Source: an uncultured Acidimicrobiia bacterium (GTDB taxonomy: Bacteria; Actinomycetota; Acidimicrobiia; Spongiisociales; UBA5794). Taken from it: a DNA stretch of 64,000 bases. Below the pieces are notes generated by a model that saw only the letters and a list, made by a program, of their open reading frames with translations, was not told the DNA's origin and did not search any database. Every line of letters starts with the position of its first letter. Within the stretch, counting starts at the first letter, position 1. Position numbers and translations under genes: made by a program. This document shows positions 48,391-57,320 of this stretch, one piece after another. The stretch covers positions 3,223,479 through 3,287,478 of the forward strand of contig OY970200.1 in assembly GCA_963708235.1 (NCBI GenBank), written 5' to 3'.

Positions 48391-49949
48391 TGGTCGCCTC
48401 CGGTATCCAGACGGGCGACTAGCCGCTCCACCGCGTCGCTGGCGGCCACCGACGCGGCCGGTATGAGGGACCGCAACTCGGCAGCACGTTGCCGGGTCCT
48501 CTCGACGTTCGTCACCGAGACCGGGCGATACCGCGGGGGCTCGATGATCGCATCATTGGCGAGAAGGTCGTCCGTGCTGACGACCCACGCGACCTCTGTG
48601 TCTTCCAGCTCTCCGTGCTCATACGTCCGCACGACATGAGCGATCCGCTCGATGTCTGCCTCCTCGAATGAGTGAAGGGAGCGCCCAGTAGTGCCGAGTC
48701 CTGAGGCGTCGACCAGCAGCACGTCGTGTTTCGGTGCGGGCGACCTCAGAATCCAGAGGACCAGCGCAATCGAGGTGTTGGGACGCAGGCGGGTTGGGAG
48801 CTGGATAACCGCGTCCACCACTCCCGCCTTCAGCATCGACCGCCGGACGTTGGCTTCGCTTCCGCCTCGGAATGTTGCTCCTGGCGTCGTCACCGCCACG
48901 GCACGACCTCCATCCCGCAGGCACCCGATGGCGACCTGCAACCAGGCGAGATCTCCACTTCGGCGAGGCGGCACCCCGAACCGCCAACGGGCATCGAGGT
49001 AGACGTCTGCATCACCCCAGTCCGACATGTTGAGCGGGGGGTCGAGCAGGACTACGTCTGCCTTCGGCAGTTCGTCTGCCGGGACTCGGAAGACGTCGCC
49101 TGGGCGAAGGTCGGCCGCAACGTCATAGAGAAAAAAGCGGGATCTAGCGATTCGGAGCACGCCCTGGTTGACCTCGTACCCGATCAGATCGGTGGCCGAG
49201 GACTGGTCCGGGTGGATGGCTGCTGACAGGAGGAGCCCACCTTCGCCGCTGGCGGGATCAAGGACGGTGCCACCACGGTGTCCTGCGAGTCGGACCATCA
49301 GCTCAGTGATGTCGCTGGGGGTAGAGGACTCACCCCTGAATCGATCGACGTCGCTCGCTCGCGAGACAACCTCCTCGAACAGGGCGAAGTAGGGCGTCTC
49401 GTCGTGGGCTGCCCGTTCCAGGCTGTCGATCAGACGAGGCAGCACCTGCCCACCGACGAGGGATGCCTTGGATAGCCCAGGGACCAAGAGACCTTCGAGT
49501 GGCGGGTTGGCACGTTCGATATCTTCTGCCGCATGGAGCAGGGCGTCGGCCAGAGCGTCCGGTGAGGTTCGGCGAACCTGGTGCCAGCGCGCCGCATCCG
49601 GGACGGTCAGTTCGGAGGCGCTGTGAGGCCGCAGGACCGACGGCTCCTCGGACGCCTGCAGATAGACGAGCACCGCTGTTAGGAAATCCGTGGTGTCTTC
49701 AGCGAAGAGCGTGTCCCGCAGGGTGTCGGCCAGGGACCAGAGCTCGTATGCCGCTGGCACATGGCCGTTGATCTTGCCCTTCTCGATCAGCCAGCGCTCG
49801 ACCTCTCGTAGGTCGAACTCGCCGCTGAAGTTGGGGACGGGAAAGTCGTCGTGGCGCTTCCGCCAATTCCCGACTGCGGATCGACTAACGCCAGCGATAT
49901 CGGCGATCTGTTGGATGTCGAGAGTCACCCGCGACGACACGTCGCTCAC
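48387..49949 (-). CDS. N6-adenine DNA methyltransferase (gamma-class, HsdM-like core) with an N-terminal excisionase/MerR-type HTH
   Basis: The N-terminus MSDVSSRVTLDIQQIADIAGVSRSAVGNWRKRH is an HTH. Motif I is VLDPASGEGGLLL. Motif IV is the variant LLDPPLNMSDW (DPPL instead of NPPY/F). 520 aa. ATGA overlap with the upstream NYN gene. Confidence 0.7.
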   Translation of the reverse strand: MSDVSSRVTLDIQQIADIAGVSRSAVGNWRKRHDDFPVPNFSGEFDLREVERWLIEKGKINGHVPAAYELWSLADTLRDTLFAEDTTDFLTAVLVYLQASEEPSVLRPHSASELTVPDAARWHQVRRTSPDALADALLHAAEDIERANPPLEGLLVPGLSKASLVGGQVLPRLIDSLERAAHDETPYFALFEEVVSRASDVDRFRGESSTPSDITELMVRLAGHRGGTVLDPASGEGGLLLSAAIHPDQSSATDLIGYEVNQGVLRIARSRFFLYDVAADLRPGDVFRVPADELPKADVVLLDPPLNMSDWGDADVYLDARWRFGVPPRRSGDLAWLQVAIGCLRDGGRAVAVTTPGATFRGGSEANVRRSMLKAGVVDAVIQLPTRLRPNTSIALVLWILRSPAPKHDVLLVDASGLGTTGRSLHSFEEADIERIAHVVRTYEHGELEDTEVAWVVSTDDLLANDAIIEPPRYRPVSVTNVERTRQRAAELRSLIPAASVAASDAVERLVARLDTGGDQ

Positions 49950-50419
49950 GCCGACTCCAGCGGCAGACGGACATCAGCGATGAGGGACGGCAGCAGTTCA
50001 TGGCGGTGAGATGCCAGCCGCAAGGCCGCGGACAGGCTCTCGGGCCGGGAAACCACTGTAACAGTGACGCCAGCAGCGCCGAGGGAGGCGACCGCACTGG
50101 CGAAGATCCCGTCGCCGGAAGCGACATGAACGAAGCCGAACCGCCGTGCTACGTCCTCCGAAGCGATGACCTCGAGAAGTGCAAGATCGGCTCCGTTGGC
50201 ACCCGAGCGGAGCAAGAGTCGGGCCTCGGGCCACTCCCACGCGACTGCGTGGACGGCATGGTGACTGCAGGCAACGACGACCAGGTCGCTAACGCCGACG
50301 AAGGCCGACTCATACAGATCCCTGCAATCCCTCACCTCCTCGGCTGTAGGACTGGCGGTGCCAGTCAGGTTCTCGATGTCGATGAGATGGAGCGTTCGCC
50401 CCCGATGTGGTCTAATCAT
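49946..50419 (-). CDS. NYN-domain (PIN-like) nuclease family protein; first gene of the defence operon
   Basis: LHLIDIENL (N-terminal Asp), GANGADLALLEVIAS and FVHVASGDGIFASAVASLGAAGVTVTVVS match the three conserved NYN/LabA blocks in order. Confidence 0.6.
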   Translation of the reverse strand: MIRPHRGRTLHLIDIENLTGTASPTAEEVRDCRDLYESAFVGVSDLVVVACSHHAVHAVAWEWPEARLLLRSGANGADLALLEVIASEDVARRFGFVHVASGDGIFASAVASLGAAGVTVTVVSRPESLSAALRLASHRHELLPSLIADVRLPLESA

Positions 50420-50446
50420 ACCTTTAGCTTACGTCACGACAGTTGT

Positions 50447-50473
50447 GATGTCAATGCACATTCAATGTGACAT
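50447..50473. promoter_or_regulatory. nested palindrome GATGTCA-N13-TGACATC (inner CACATT-C-AATGTG) about 30 bp upstream of the NYN gene start; candidate operator or promoter of the defence operon
   Basis: The dyad symmetry sits in a locally AT-rich stretch just 5' of the first gene of the 8-gene operon. Confidence 0.35.
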
Positions 50474-51156
50474 CTGGCACAGGAGTTGTGTTGGAATCCT
50501 ACACGACGCAGGCTCTGGGGGAACCGCCTCAGCCGATGTCTAGACCTGGCATTTCCCGCTGCGGGCCGCGGCGTTGCATCTCCTCGATCTCGCGAGTTGC
50601 TGGTCCGAGGTAGGCGACCCGCCTTGCGTCCTCCAGCTACTGCGCCGCTCGATCACGATCATCGAAGATGAGTTCGGCCACGTCGCTGCTGCATCGCGAA
50701 CCACCGTCCCCGACTCGATGGCAGGGTCGTCGGCTCCGTCGTTGGCAAGTACCTTCCGAGAACGTCGCGAGCCTCGTCGAGGTCGTCGGCGACGACGAGC
50801 ACCCGGTTCTCCTGCCGGAGGCCGGGCAGGTCGAGTTCGGCGGCACCCTCATCGCAGACGCAATCTCCGTGCTGCAGGTCTGCTGCTGCTCTGCCAGCGG
50901 CGCCGCGGACCGCTCCTGGACAAGCCGGCGGTCACATGCGACACGTTCACCGAGATCGAGATCAACCCCCAGCGCTCGATCAAACTGACAAGCGAACTCC
51001 TATGCTCTCGCCGTGTTGCTCACGGAGGTCGCGCAGCTGGCGGGCGAGATGTCGATCCGACGGTGCCGATCATGAAGCTTGACGAAACACCGCCGCTCTC
51101 CTTGTTGTCGTCACAGAGGACGTGCCAACCACTGGGCTCCACAGTTGTGAGGTGCG

Positions 51157-54063
51157 TCACCTGCCACGCGTCAACCCTGCCGCATGGTCGTGCGTCCCGA
51201 GTTCCAGGCGCCGCGCGGCAGCTCGCCCTGCGGCGATGCGCTTCGCTTCGTTCTCGCCAACAACATTGGTCAACGTCCCCGCTGCCGCCGGAGACGAGTC
51301 GGCAATCGCAGGAACCGGGTCTCGTCTACGTTCCGTCTCCTGTGGGCGCCGTGTAGAGACGTTCTTCAGAGGATCCGGACGGCGCGGCAGCTCGTGGCCA
51401 GTGAGTTGTGGTCGCCCACCGGTGTCGATCGCGGCGGTTTGGCGTTCTGTGCGATCGAGCGCGGTATCAAGACGCCGCGTCTCTCCTGGTCGGTTGTGGG
51501 TGATGTGACCACAGTCGTCGTCGACCGCAGGGCTGACAAGGTAGATAGTGGTCGCTTCGCGGCCACGGCTCATGGCCACGTAGCTCCACTCCCGGGTGAT
51601 TGCGTCGGACGCGACGACGAATGCCCGGTTGATGGTCAGGCCCTGGGCCTTGTGGCCGGTGATGGCGTAGCCGTGGTTGAGGTAGCCAGAAGCGATGTAC
51701 CAGGCGGGGAGATGGACTGTCTCGTCGTGGCGGTCGAGACTCACAGTGAGCGTGCGGTGATGTGAGTCGGCAGCGATGACTGTGCCGAGGTCGCCGTTGA
51801 GGACCCCGATCCTGGACTGGTTTTTGAGGCACATGATCCGGTCGCCGGGTTGGTAGACCCGACCACTCGCCTCGATGCCGGGGCCACCGATACTCCCGGC
51901 GGCGATGGTGAGGTCGCGGGCTCGGCGGTTGAGTTCATCGACGGTGGCGCTGTGGTGGGCGATGAGCAGTGCGCCGCGGGCGTCGCCGGTGATATCGACG
52001 TAGGTGCGCCAGTCGGCGACAGCCCGGTCGAGGGTGGCGGAAGACGTGGCCTCGATTACGACGCGGCTTCTCTGTAGGTAGTCAGCTACTGCACGCGCTA
52101 CGGAACCGTGGCGAAGTTCAGCGAGGGTACGGCGTTCCCATTCCTCGGCTTGGCGGATGTTCTCGGTGAGTTGGGTCGAGGGGAGCCGGTTGGCAAGCGC
52201 GGTGAACAGTCCCCCGGCGTCGATCTCGGCGAGCTGGTGGTCGTCGCCGGTCAAGATGAGCTTGCCTTCAGCTGCCTCTGTGAGTTTGGCGAGGCGGGCG
52301 AGTTGGCGCGTGCCGACCATGCCGGCTTCGTCGACGACGAGGACGGTGCCGTGTTGGAGGCCGCCCTCGCGTTGGCTCTCGCCGAGGAGTCGGGTGATGG
52401 TGTACGAGGGGATGCCGGAGTCGGTCTGGAGTTCGGCGGCGGCCCGGCCGGAGAGGGCGGTGCCGATGATGGGGGTGTTGGTGGCGTCGGAGAGTTCGCG
52501 GATGGCTTCCATGACAGTGGTCTTGCCGGAGCCGGCGACGCCGATGGCTACGTCGATGGCGTTGCCGGACGCGGTGAGGTGGTGCACCGCTCTGGTCTGG
52601 TCGTCGGTGAGGTGGGGTCGGTCGGCGACGGCTTGCTCGACGAGTCGCACGGGGGGTGTGAAGCGGCCGGCGCCGACGCCTTCGAGGGCGGTGGTGATGG
52701 TGGTGTGTTCTGTGATAAGGAGTTCGGCGGTGGTGTAGCGGCGTTCGTGGGCGAGTCCGGGGTGGAAGGTTCGGTCGCCGCGTCGCATCGGGGGTGTGCC
52801 GGCGTGCGGCTCTAGGTGTTGTTCGAGGATCTCACGTTGCTCGTCGGTGATGCCGTCGATGTCGCCGAGCCGGCGACGGTCGCTTCCGGTGGGCAGGATG
52901 GGCACGACATCGGGTGTGGTGAGGAACTGGCGGGCACGGTCTTCGATCTGTTGCCGGGTGCCGCCTTCGGGGAGGGCGCTGGCGATGTGCTCGACGACTT
53001 CTCCCTTGCCGAACGTGGAACGAGTCTTGGTGAGGCCTTCTGGTGCTGCCATGTCGGTGAACAGCTCCTCGATGTCGGGGAGCTGGATGTCGTGGCTGGG
53101 GCCGATGATGGAGGCGATGTGTTCGGGGGTGATCCCGACAGCGGCGGCTCGTCGCTGCCATTCGGGCATGAGGGTGTCGACGGGGTGGTCGGTCTTGGCG
53201 CGGCGGGTGGCGAGGGTGGCCGCTTCGTACGCCGCAGCAGATGGGGTGAGTCCCTCGGCCTCGACCCAGGCTTCGATTTGTTGGCGGCGGCGGGAGAACT
53301 CTTCGATCTGGCGGCGGGTGAATCCTGCGATGTCGGCCATGCCCTTGTGGACGGGTTGCCATTGGACGCCGAGGCGTTCGGTGAGCTGGCAGCGCAGTTC
53401 GGCTTCGTGGATGGCGCTGGTGTCCTTCTGGTGCCGGTACAGAAGCTGCCCGTCGACGGCCCGCCACTTCCCGTCGAGGCCCTTGACGCGGTTGGCGACG
53501 ACGACGTGGGTATGGAGCTGAGGGTCGTTCTCTCGGCTGGTGAACTCGGTGAACGACGCCGCCAGGTACCCGTGGGTGGGGATGGGCCACGTCTCGGTGC
53601 GCAGCTTCGGTTTCCCGTCCTCACCGAGCACCGGTTCGCCGTTGTCGTCGAGGACCGGTCGCCGTTCGGCGCCCCGGGTCGACGAGGCGACGGATTCGAG
53701 GTAGGCGAGAGCGGATTCGGTGGCGGCCGCGAACGCCTCCATGACCTGCTCGCGGATCTCGGGTGTGCCGAACGCCCACAGCAGCGACACGGATTTGTCA
53801 GCGGAGAAGGTGATGTCCCACGCGGCCACGCCATCCTTCCGGAGCCGCCTGCCGAGCTGTTGGCCTGTGGCGGGGTGGAGACCGTCGAAGAGGCGGACGA
53901 GGCCCTCGGTAGAGACGACGCCGTCAAGACCTACCTCGGCGGCTCCGCCTCCGCGCCACATGCCCGTGGCGGTGCCGCCGCGGAGGTAGTAGTCCTCCCG
54001 CGGTGACAGCTCGTGGAGCTTCTGGAGGTAGTAGTCCTTCGCCGCCTTCGCCAGGCTGATCAT
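51157..54063 (-). CDS. MobF-family conjugative relaxase (TrwC/TraA-like): N-terminal relaxase plus C-terminal RecD-like helicase
   Basis: The start is set at MISLAKAAKDYYLQKLHELSPREDYYLRGG (TrwC-like N-terminus), and the His triad is LHTHVVVANRV. The C-terminal half has Walker A GVAGSGKTT and Walker B VLVVDEAGMV. The 72 upstream codons in the track ORF are His/Pro/Arg junk. Confidence 0.85.
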   Translation of the reverse strand: MISLAKAAKDYYLQKLHELSPREDYYLRGGTATGMWRGGGAAEVGLDGVVSTEGLVRLFDGLHPATGQQLGRRLRKDGVAAWDITFSADKSVSLLWAFGTPEIREQVMEAFAAATESALAYLESVASSTRGAERRPVLDDNGEPVLGEDGKPKLRTETWPIPTHGYLAASFTEFTSRENDPQLHTHVVVANRVKGLDGKWRAVDGQLLYRHQKDTSAIHEAELRCQLTERLGVQWQPVHKGMADIAGFTRRQIEEFSRRRQQIEAWVEAEGLTPSAAAYEAATLATRRAKTDHPVDTLMPEWQRRAAAVGITPEHIASIIGPSHDIQLPDIEELFTDMAAPEGLTKTRSTFGKGEVVEHIASALPEGGTRQQIEDRARQFLTTPDVVPILPTGSDRRRLGDIDGITDEQREILEQHLEPHAGTPPMRRGDRTFHPGLAHERRYTTAELLITEHTTITTALEGVGAGRFTPPVRLVEQAVADRPHLTDDQTRAVHHLTASGNAIDVAIGVAGSGKTTVMEAIRELSDATNTPIIGTALSGRAAAELQTDSGIPSYTITRLLGESQREGGLQHGTVLVVDEAGMVGTRQLARLAKLTEAAEGKLILTGDDHQLAEIDAGGLFTALANRLPSTQLTENIRQAEEWERRTLAELRHGSVARAVADYLQRSRVVIEATSSATLDRAVADWRTYVDITGDARGALLIAHHSATVDELNRRARDLTIAAGSIGGPGIEASGRVYQPGDRIMCLKNQSRIGVLNGDLGTVIAADSHHRTLTVSLDRHDETVHLPAWYIASGYLNHGYAITGHKAQGLTINRAFVVASDAITREWSYVAMSRGREATTIYLVSPAVDDDCGHITHNRPGETRRLDTALDRTERQTAAIDTGGRPQLTGHELPRRPDPLKNVSTRRPQETERRRDPVPAIADSSPAAAGTLTNVVGENEAKRIAAGRAAARRLELGTHDHAAGLTRGR

Positions 54064-54119
54064 CGCCGACCACCCCACAGTCGCCGCGGCTCCCGGCCGG
54101 TTCCCATCGCTGCTGGTGT

Positions 54120-54590
54120 GTGGCTGGTGAACCGGTGCGCAACTTGTTGCAGGGGCGTGTGTGGAAAACGCCCTTGTGGTGCGTGGATGGTGAACGCGTC
54201 CGGGGGGTCTCCTCGGTGCACCGTGGTGATCGGGGTGGTGTGATCGGTCATGAGGGCGAGAATGCGGTGACGCGTTCACCAGATGCGCACCAGATCAGTG
54301 ATTCCTGGGAGAAATTCAGCCCACGGGGTCTGTATCTGGGCGGATTCGGCCGGTGATTGCTCCCCAGGCCCCCGCTGATCCCACCCCGGTCGATGGACGT
54401 CGAACCGATACCCGGCGGCGGACGCCTCGACCCCGCCTGGCCACCGCTCCGGCCCGGATCTCCCGGATCGTCTTGTGTGTCAACGGATTCGGCCCGACGA
54501 CCGGGCACCGTGGTGTGTGTTTGGTGAACGGTTGGTGCGTCGTTGGTGCGTCGTTGGTGTGTCGTTGGTGTGTGTTTGGTGAACGGCCCG
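54120..54590. promoter_or_regulatory. relaxase upstream region with four direct TGGTGAAC motifs and four tandem CGTTGGTG(C/T)GT units; candidate oriT and/or regulator binding array
   Basis: GGCTGGTGAACCGG occurs at about 54123, GGATGGTGAACGCG at about 54187, TTTGGTGAACGG at 54520, and CGTTGGTGCGTCGTTGGTGCGTCGTTGGTGTGTCGTTGGTGTGTGTTTGGTGAACGG at 54532-54588. The region lies between the divergent relaxase and lipoprotein genes. Confidence 0.5.
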
Positions 54591-54749
54591 GGCCACGGTG
54601 AACCCTGCTGCCGAGGCCGACAGGGGCCGGGGCGACCCAGGAGGGGCACGAGGATGAACGGATTTCGCGGATCGGACCTCTTCACCCGTAGGGCCGCGGG
54701 GCGTAGGGTGAGAGGTTCAGTGACGGACGCGGAATGCGAGGGGTACACC

Positions 54750-55796
54750 ATGAACCCCAATCGACACTCCAGGGGGGTCCGGGGGGACTGGTTCATCCGT
54801 GTGTTGTTCGTCGCCGTCACCGTTGCGCTAGTCGCCGCCTGCAACGGGTCCGTCCCCTCCACGACCTCGACCACGACCTCGTCGACGCCTCCAACCTCAA
54901 CGACCCCGGCCTCGACGACGACCAGGCTGCCGGCATCCACGACCACATCCATGGTTCCTGCGACGACCGAGCCGGTGCCTCCCGACGAGGCAGTCGAGGA
55001 GGCGTGGCTCGAGTTCTGGGATGCGTGGGTCGCAGTCCGAGCGAGCGACCCGCTCGATGCCGCACCCTTGGAAGCGGTCGCCTCTCCACAGGTGGTGGAC
55101 GCGGCCGTGACATTGTTCGAGCGGGACCGGGACTCGAACCCGACCGGTGTGGCGACCGACGTGTTCGCCAGCGCAACCGTGGTCGAGATGGCGGCCGACG
55201 CTGCGGCTGTCGAGGACTGCGTCGTGCTGGCACCGAGCTTCACCAACACCGGAGGCATCCGGTACGAGGCCGACCTCCGGCCCAGTGACGGTGGATGGGT
55301 GGTCACCGATCTCCGTATCCGCTCCGCCGGCGGCTGCGTTCCATCCGAGTTCGAGTCGGCAGCGATTGCCGGCTACGAGGCCTACTACGAGGCCGTCGCA
55401 GAGTTCTGGGATCCGCCGGATCCGTCGAGCCCGCTGATCGACGAGGTCCTCGTTGATCCTCGTCGCAGCAGCATCGTCGCCCTGCTGGAGGAGCATGCGG
55501 ATCGCGGCGTCGCCTTCCGCAGTGATCCCACTACCCACCCCGAAGTGATCGAGGTACGAAGCACGACCGAGGTCGTGATCCTCGACTGCTACGAACCTGC
55601 CGCAACAGATGGTGTCTTCGACCTCGAAACAGGAGAACGCCTCCCCGACGAACCCGCGATCCGAGACGGTCAACGCAACCTCAGGTCGGCCGTGATGATC
55701 TTGGATGAGGGACGGTGGAAGGCATCGGACTTCCAAGGACAAGTTGACTTCACATGCGAGTTCGCACCTACCAATCGAGGCTTGCCCTCCGTCTGA
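54750..55796 (+). CDS. lipoprotein (lipobox LVAAC) with a Thr/Ser/Pro-rich linker; first gene of the Tad-containing plus-strand block
   Basis: ATG after GCGAGGGGTACACC. The signal is MNPNRHSRGVRGDWFIRVLFVAVTVALVAAC, followed by TTSTTTSSTPPTSTTPASTTT and a globular domain with no recognised family. Confidence 0.6.
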   Translation: MNPNRHSRGVRGDWFIRVLFVAVTVALVAACNGSVPSTTSTTTSSTPPTSTTPASTTTRLPASTTTSMVPATTEPVPPDEAVEEAWLEFWDAWVAVRASDPLDAAPLEAVASPQVVDAAVTLFERDRDSNPTGVATDVFASATVVEMAADAAAVEDCVVLAPSFTNTGGIRYEADLRPSDGGWVVTDLRIRSAGGCVPSEFESAAIAGYEAYYEAVAEFWDPPDPSSPLIDEVLVDPRRSSIVALLEEHADRGVAFRSDPTTHPEVIEVRSTTEVVILDCYEPAATDGVFDLETGERLPDEPAIRDGQRNLRSAVMILDEGRWKASDFQGQVDFTCEFAPTNRGLPSV

Positions 55797-56652
55797 TCGT
55801 CGTCGGTGCGGTGGCGTTGACGATGGTGTGCACAGCCGCGATCCCCAGCCTTGCTCACCACTGCACAGGCGGCGGCTCGGTCGACGACGACGGCGGCGAT
55901 GTGATCGCGGAGTGTCATGGTGTGACGCCGGGTCGTCCTCCGAGGACTGGTTTCGCATTCGTCTCTGTGGGATCTGTATTGCTCGTCGCTGTATCCGTTC
56001 GAGGATGGGTTTCCGGGTGGATTTCAAGCTGGAAGGACCGGCCACTGAGGAGGAGGTGGCATTGTTCGGGTTCGATCCGACGGGTGAGTACGTCTGGTAT
56101 CTGGTGTTGTGCTGGACCGATGAGGGGGCGATCGATGTGGGGGCGATCGTGGTCGAGGAGACGGCGCCGGTCCCGCCGGAGGTACTGCGTGATCGGGCCC
56201 GGGCACGGATCAATCCGCCGCCGCCGTCGCCGGCGACTTCACCGTCGTTGGACGCGGTGACGTATGTGCAGTTGCCGACGTGGTTGTGGCTTGACGGGTC
56301 GGAATGGGGGCCGATCACCGAGTCGGAGACGCAGGGGTTCACGTCGGTGACCGTGACGGCAACACCGGTCGAGGCAACGTGGTCGATGGGGGACGGCAAC
56401 GAAGTGGTGTGTGCCGGGCCGGGTATTGCGTGGGTGCGTGGGTTGGCTGAGGACGCCACGGACTGCGTCCATGTGTACCGGTCGGCGACGTACGGGGAGC
56501 CGGGTGGCCGTTTCTCTGCCGGGGTGTCGGTGCGGTGGGTGTTCGAGTGGTGGATCAACGACCGACCCCAGGGCGAGTTCGGTGACCTGGGGCTGTCGAC
56601 CGGTTTCGAGATCGCAGTGGCAGAGATTCAAGCGGTGGAGAGCGGAGGCTGA
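55754..56652 (+). CDS. hypothetical TM-anchored protein, read in two frames (55754 to about 56000, then 56005-56652); probable frameshift
   Basis: The first frame gives MRVRTYQSRLALRLIVVGAVALTMVCTAAIPSLA...FAFVSVGSVLLVAVSV (signal or TM) and then degenerates with no stop until 56260. The second frame is clean from MGFRVDFKLEGPATEEE... to 56652. The overlap of more than 250 bp argues for one gene with an indel. Confidence 0.4.
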
Positions 56653-56654
56653 CG

Positions 56655-57320
56655 ATGACCACCACACCAACCACGTCGACGACTCAACGAACGAACGGTG
56701 ACGGTCGCCGGGACGGCGGATCGTTCCGACTGGCTTCAGCGACCCGGCCGACCCAGGTGCCACAGTTGGTGGTGGCGCTGTTGGTGATCGGGGTGTCGGC
56801 GCTGATTGCTGTGGTGGGGTTCTCGCAGGCGACGGGTCGTTCACCGGTGTTGGCACTCGCCGCTGACATCGGACGCGGCGAGGTGGTGGAGTCCGGGGAC
56901 CTGGTCGTGGTGCATGTGGCGTCCGACGACCAGGTCGTGACGGTGCCACCGGAAACGGCGGCGTCGTTGGTGGGTCGGGTGGCGGTGACGGACCTGTCGG
57001 CCGGGGTGTTGGTGGCCCCGGGCTTCTTCGTTGACCGTGCCGTGGTGGCCCCTGGCGAGGGGGTGGTGGGGTTGGCGCTGGCACCGGGCGAGTACCCGAC
57101 AGTGCAGCTGGCTCCGGGCGACGTAGTCGATGTCGTGTCAACCGACCCGGCAGCCGGGATGGTGGTGTCGGGGGCGGAGGTGTTCGACATCACCGAGTTG
57201 GGGACGCAGGGGAGCCGGTTCGTGTCGCTGCGGATGGCCGCTGTGGATGCGGCGGCGGTGACCGGTTTCGCTGAGGGTGGCGGGGTGCGCCTCGTGCTGG
57301 TGGCGGGGGACGGACCATGA
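56655..57320 (+). CDS. cpaB: Flp pilus assembly protein CpaB/RcpC-like (SAF domain)
   Basis: N-terminal TM LVVALLVIGVSALIAVVGF, then a SAF-type beta domain (GEVVESGDLVVVHVASDDQ...). Position immediately upstream of tadZ-cpaF. Confidence 0.6.
   Translation: MTTTPTTSTTQRTNGDGRRDGGSFRLASATRPTQVPQLVVALLVIGVSALIAVVGFSQATGRSPVLALAADIGRGEVVESGDLVVVHVASDDQVVTVPPETAASLVGRVAVTDLSAGVLVAPGFFVDRAVVAPGEGVVGLALAPGEYPTVQLAPGDVVDVVSTDPAAGMVVSGAEVFDITELGTQGSRFVSLRMAAVDAAAVTGFAEGGGVRLVLVAGDGP

Noticed and set aside
54064-54279. 72-codon N-terminal extension of the relaxase ORF
   Set aside because: It is His/Pro/Arg-rich with no similarity. The MISLAKAAKDYY start matches the conserved MobF N-terminus.
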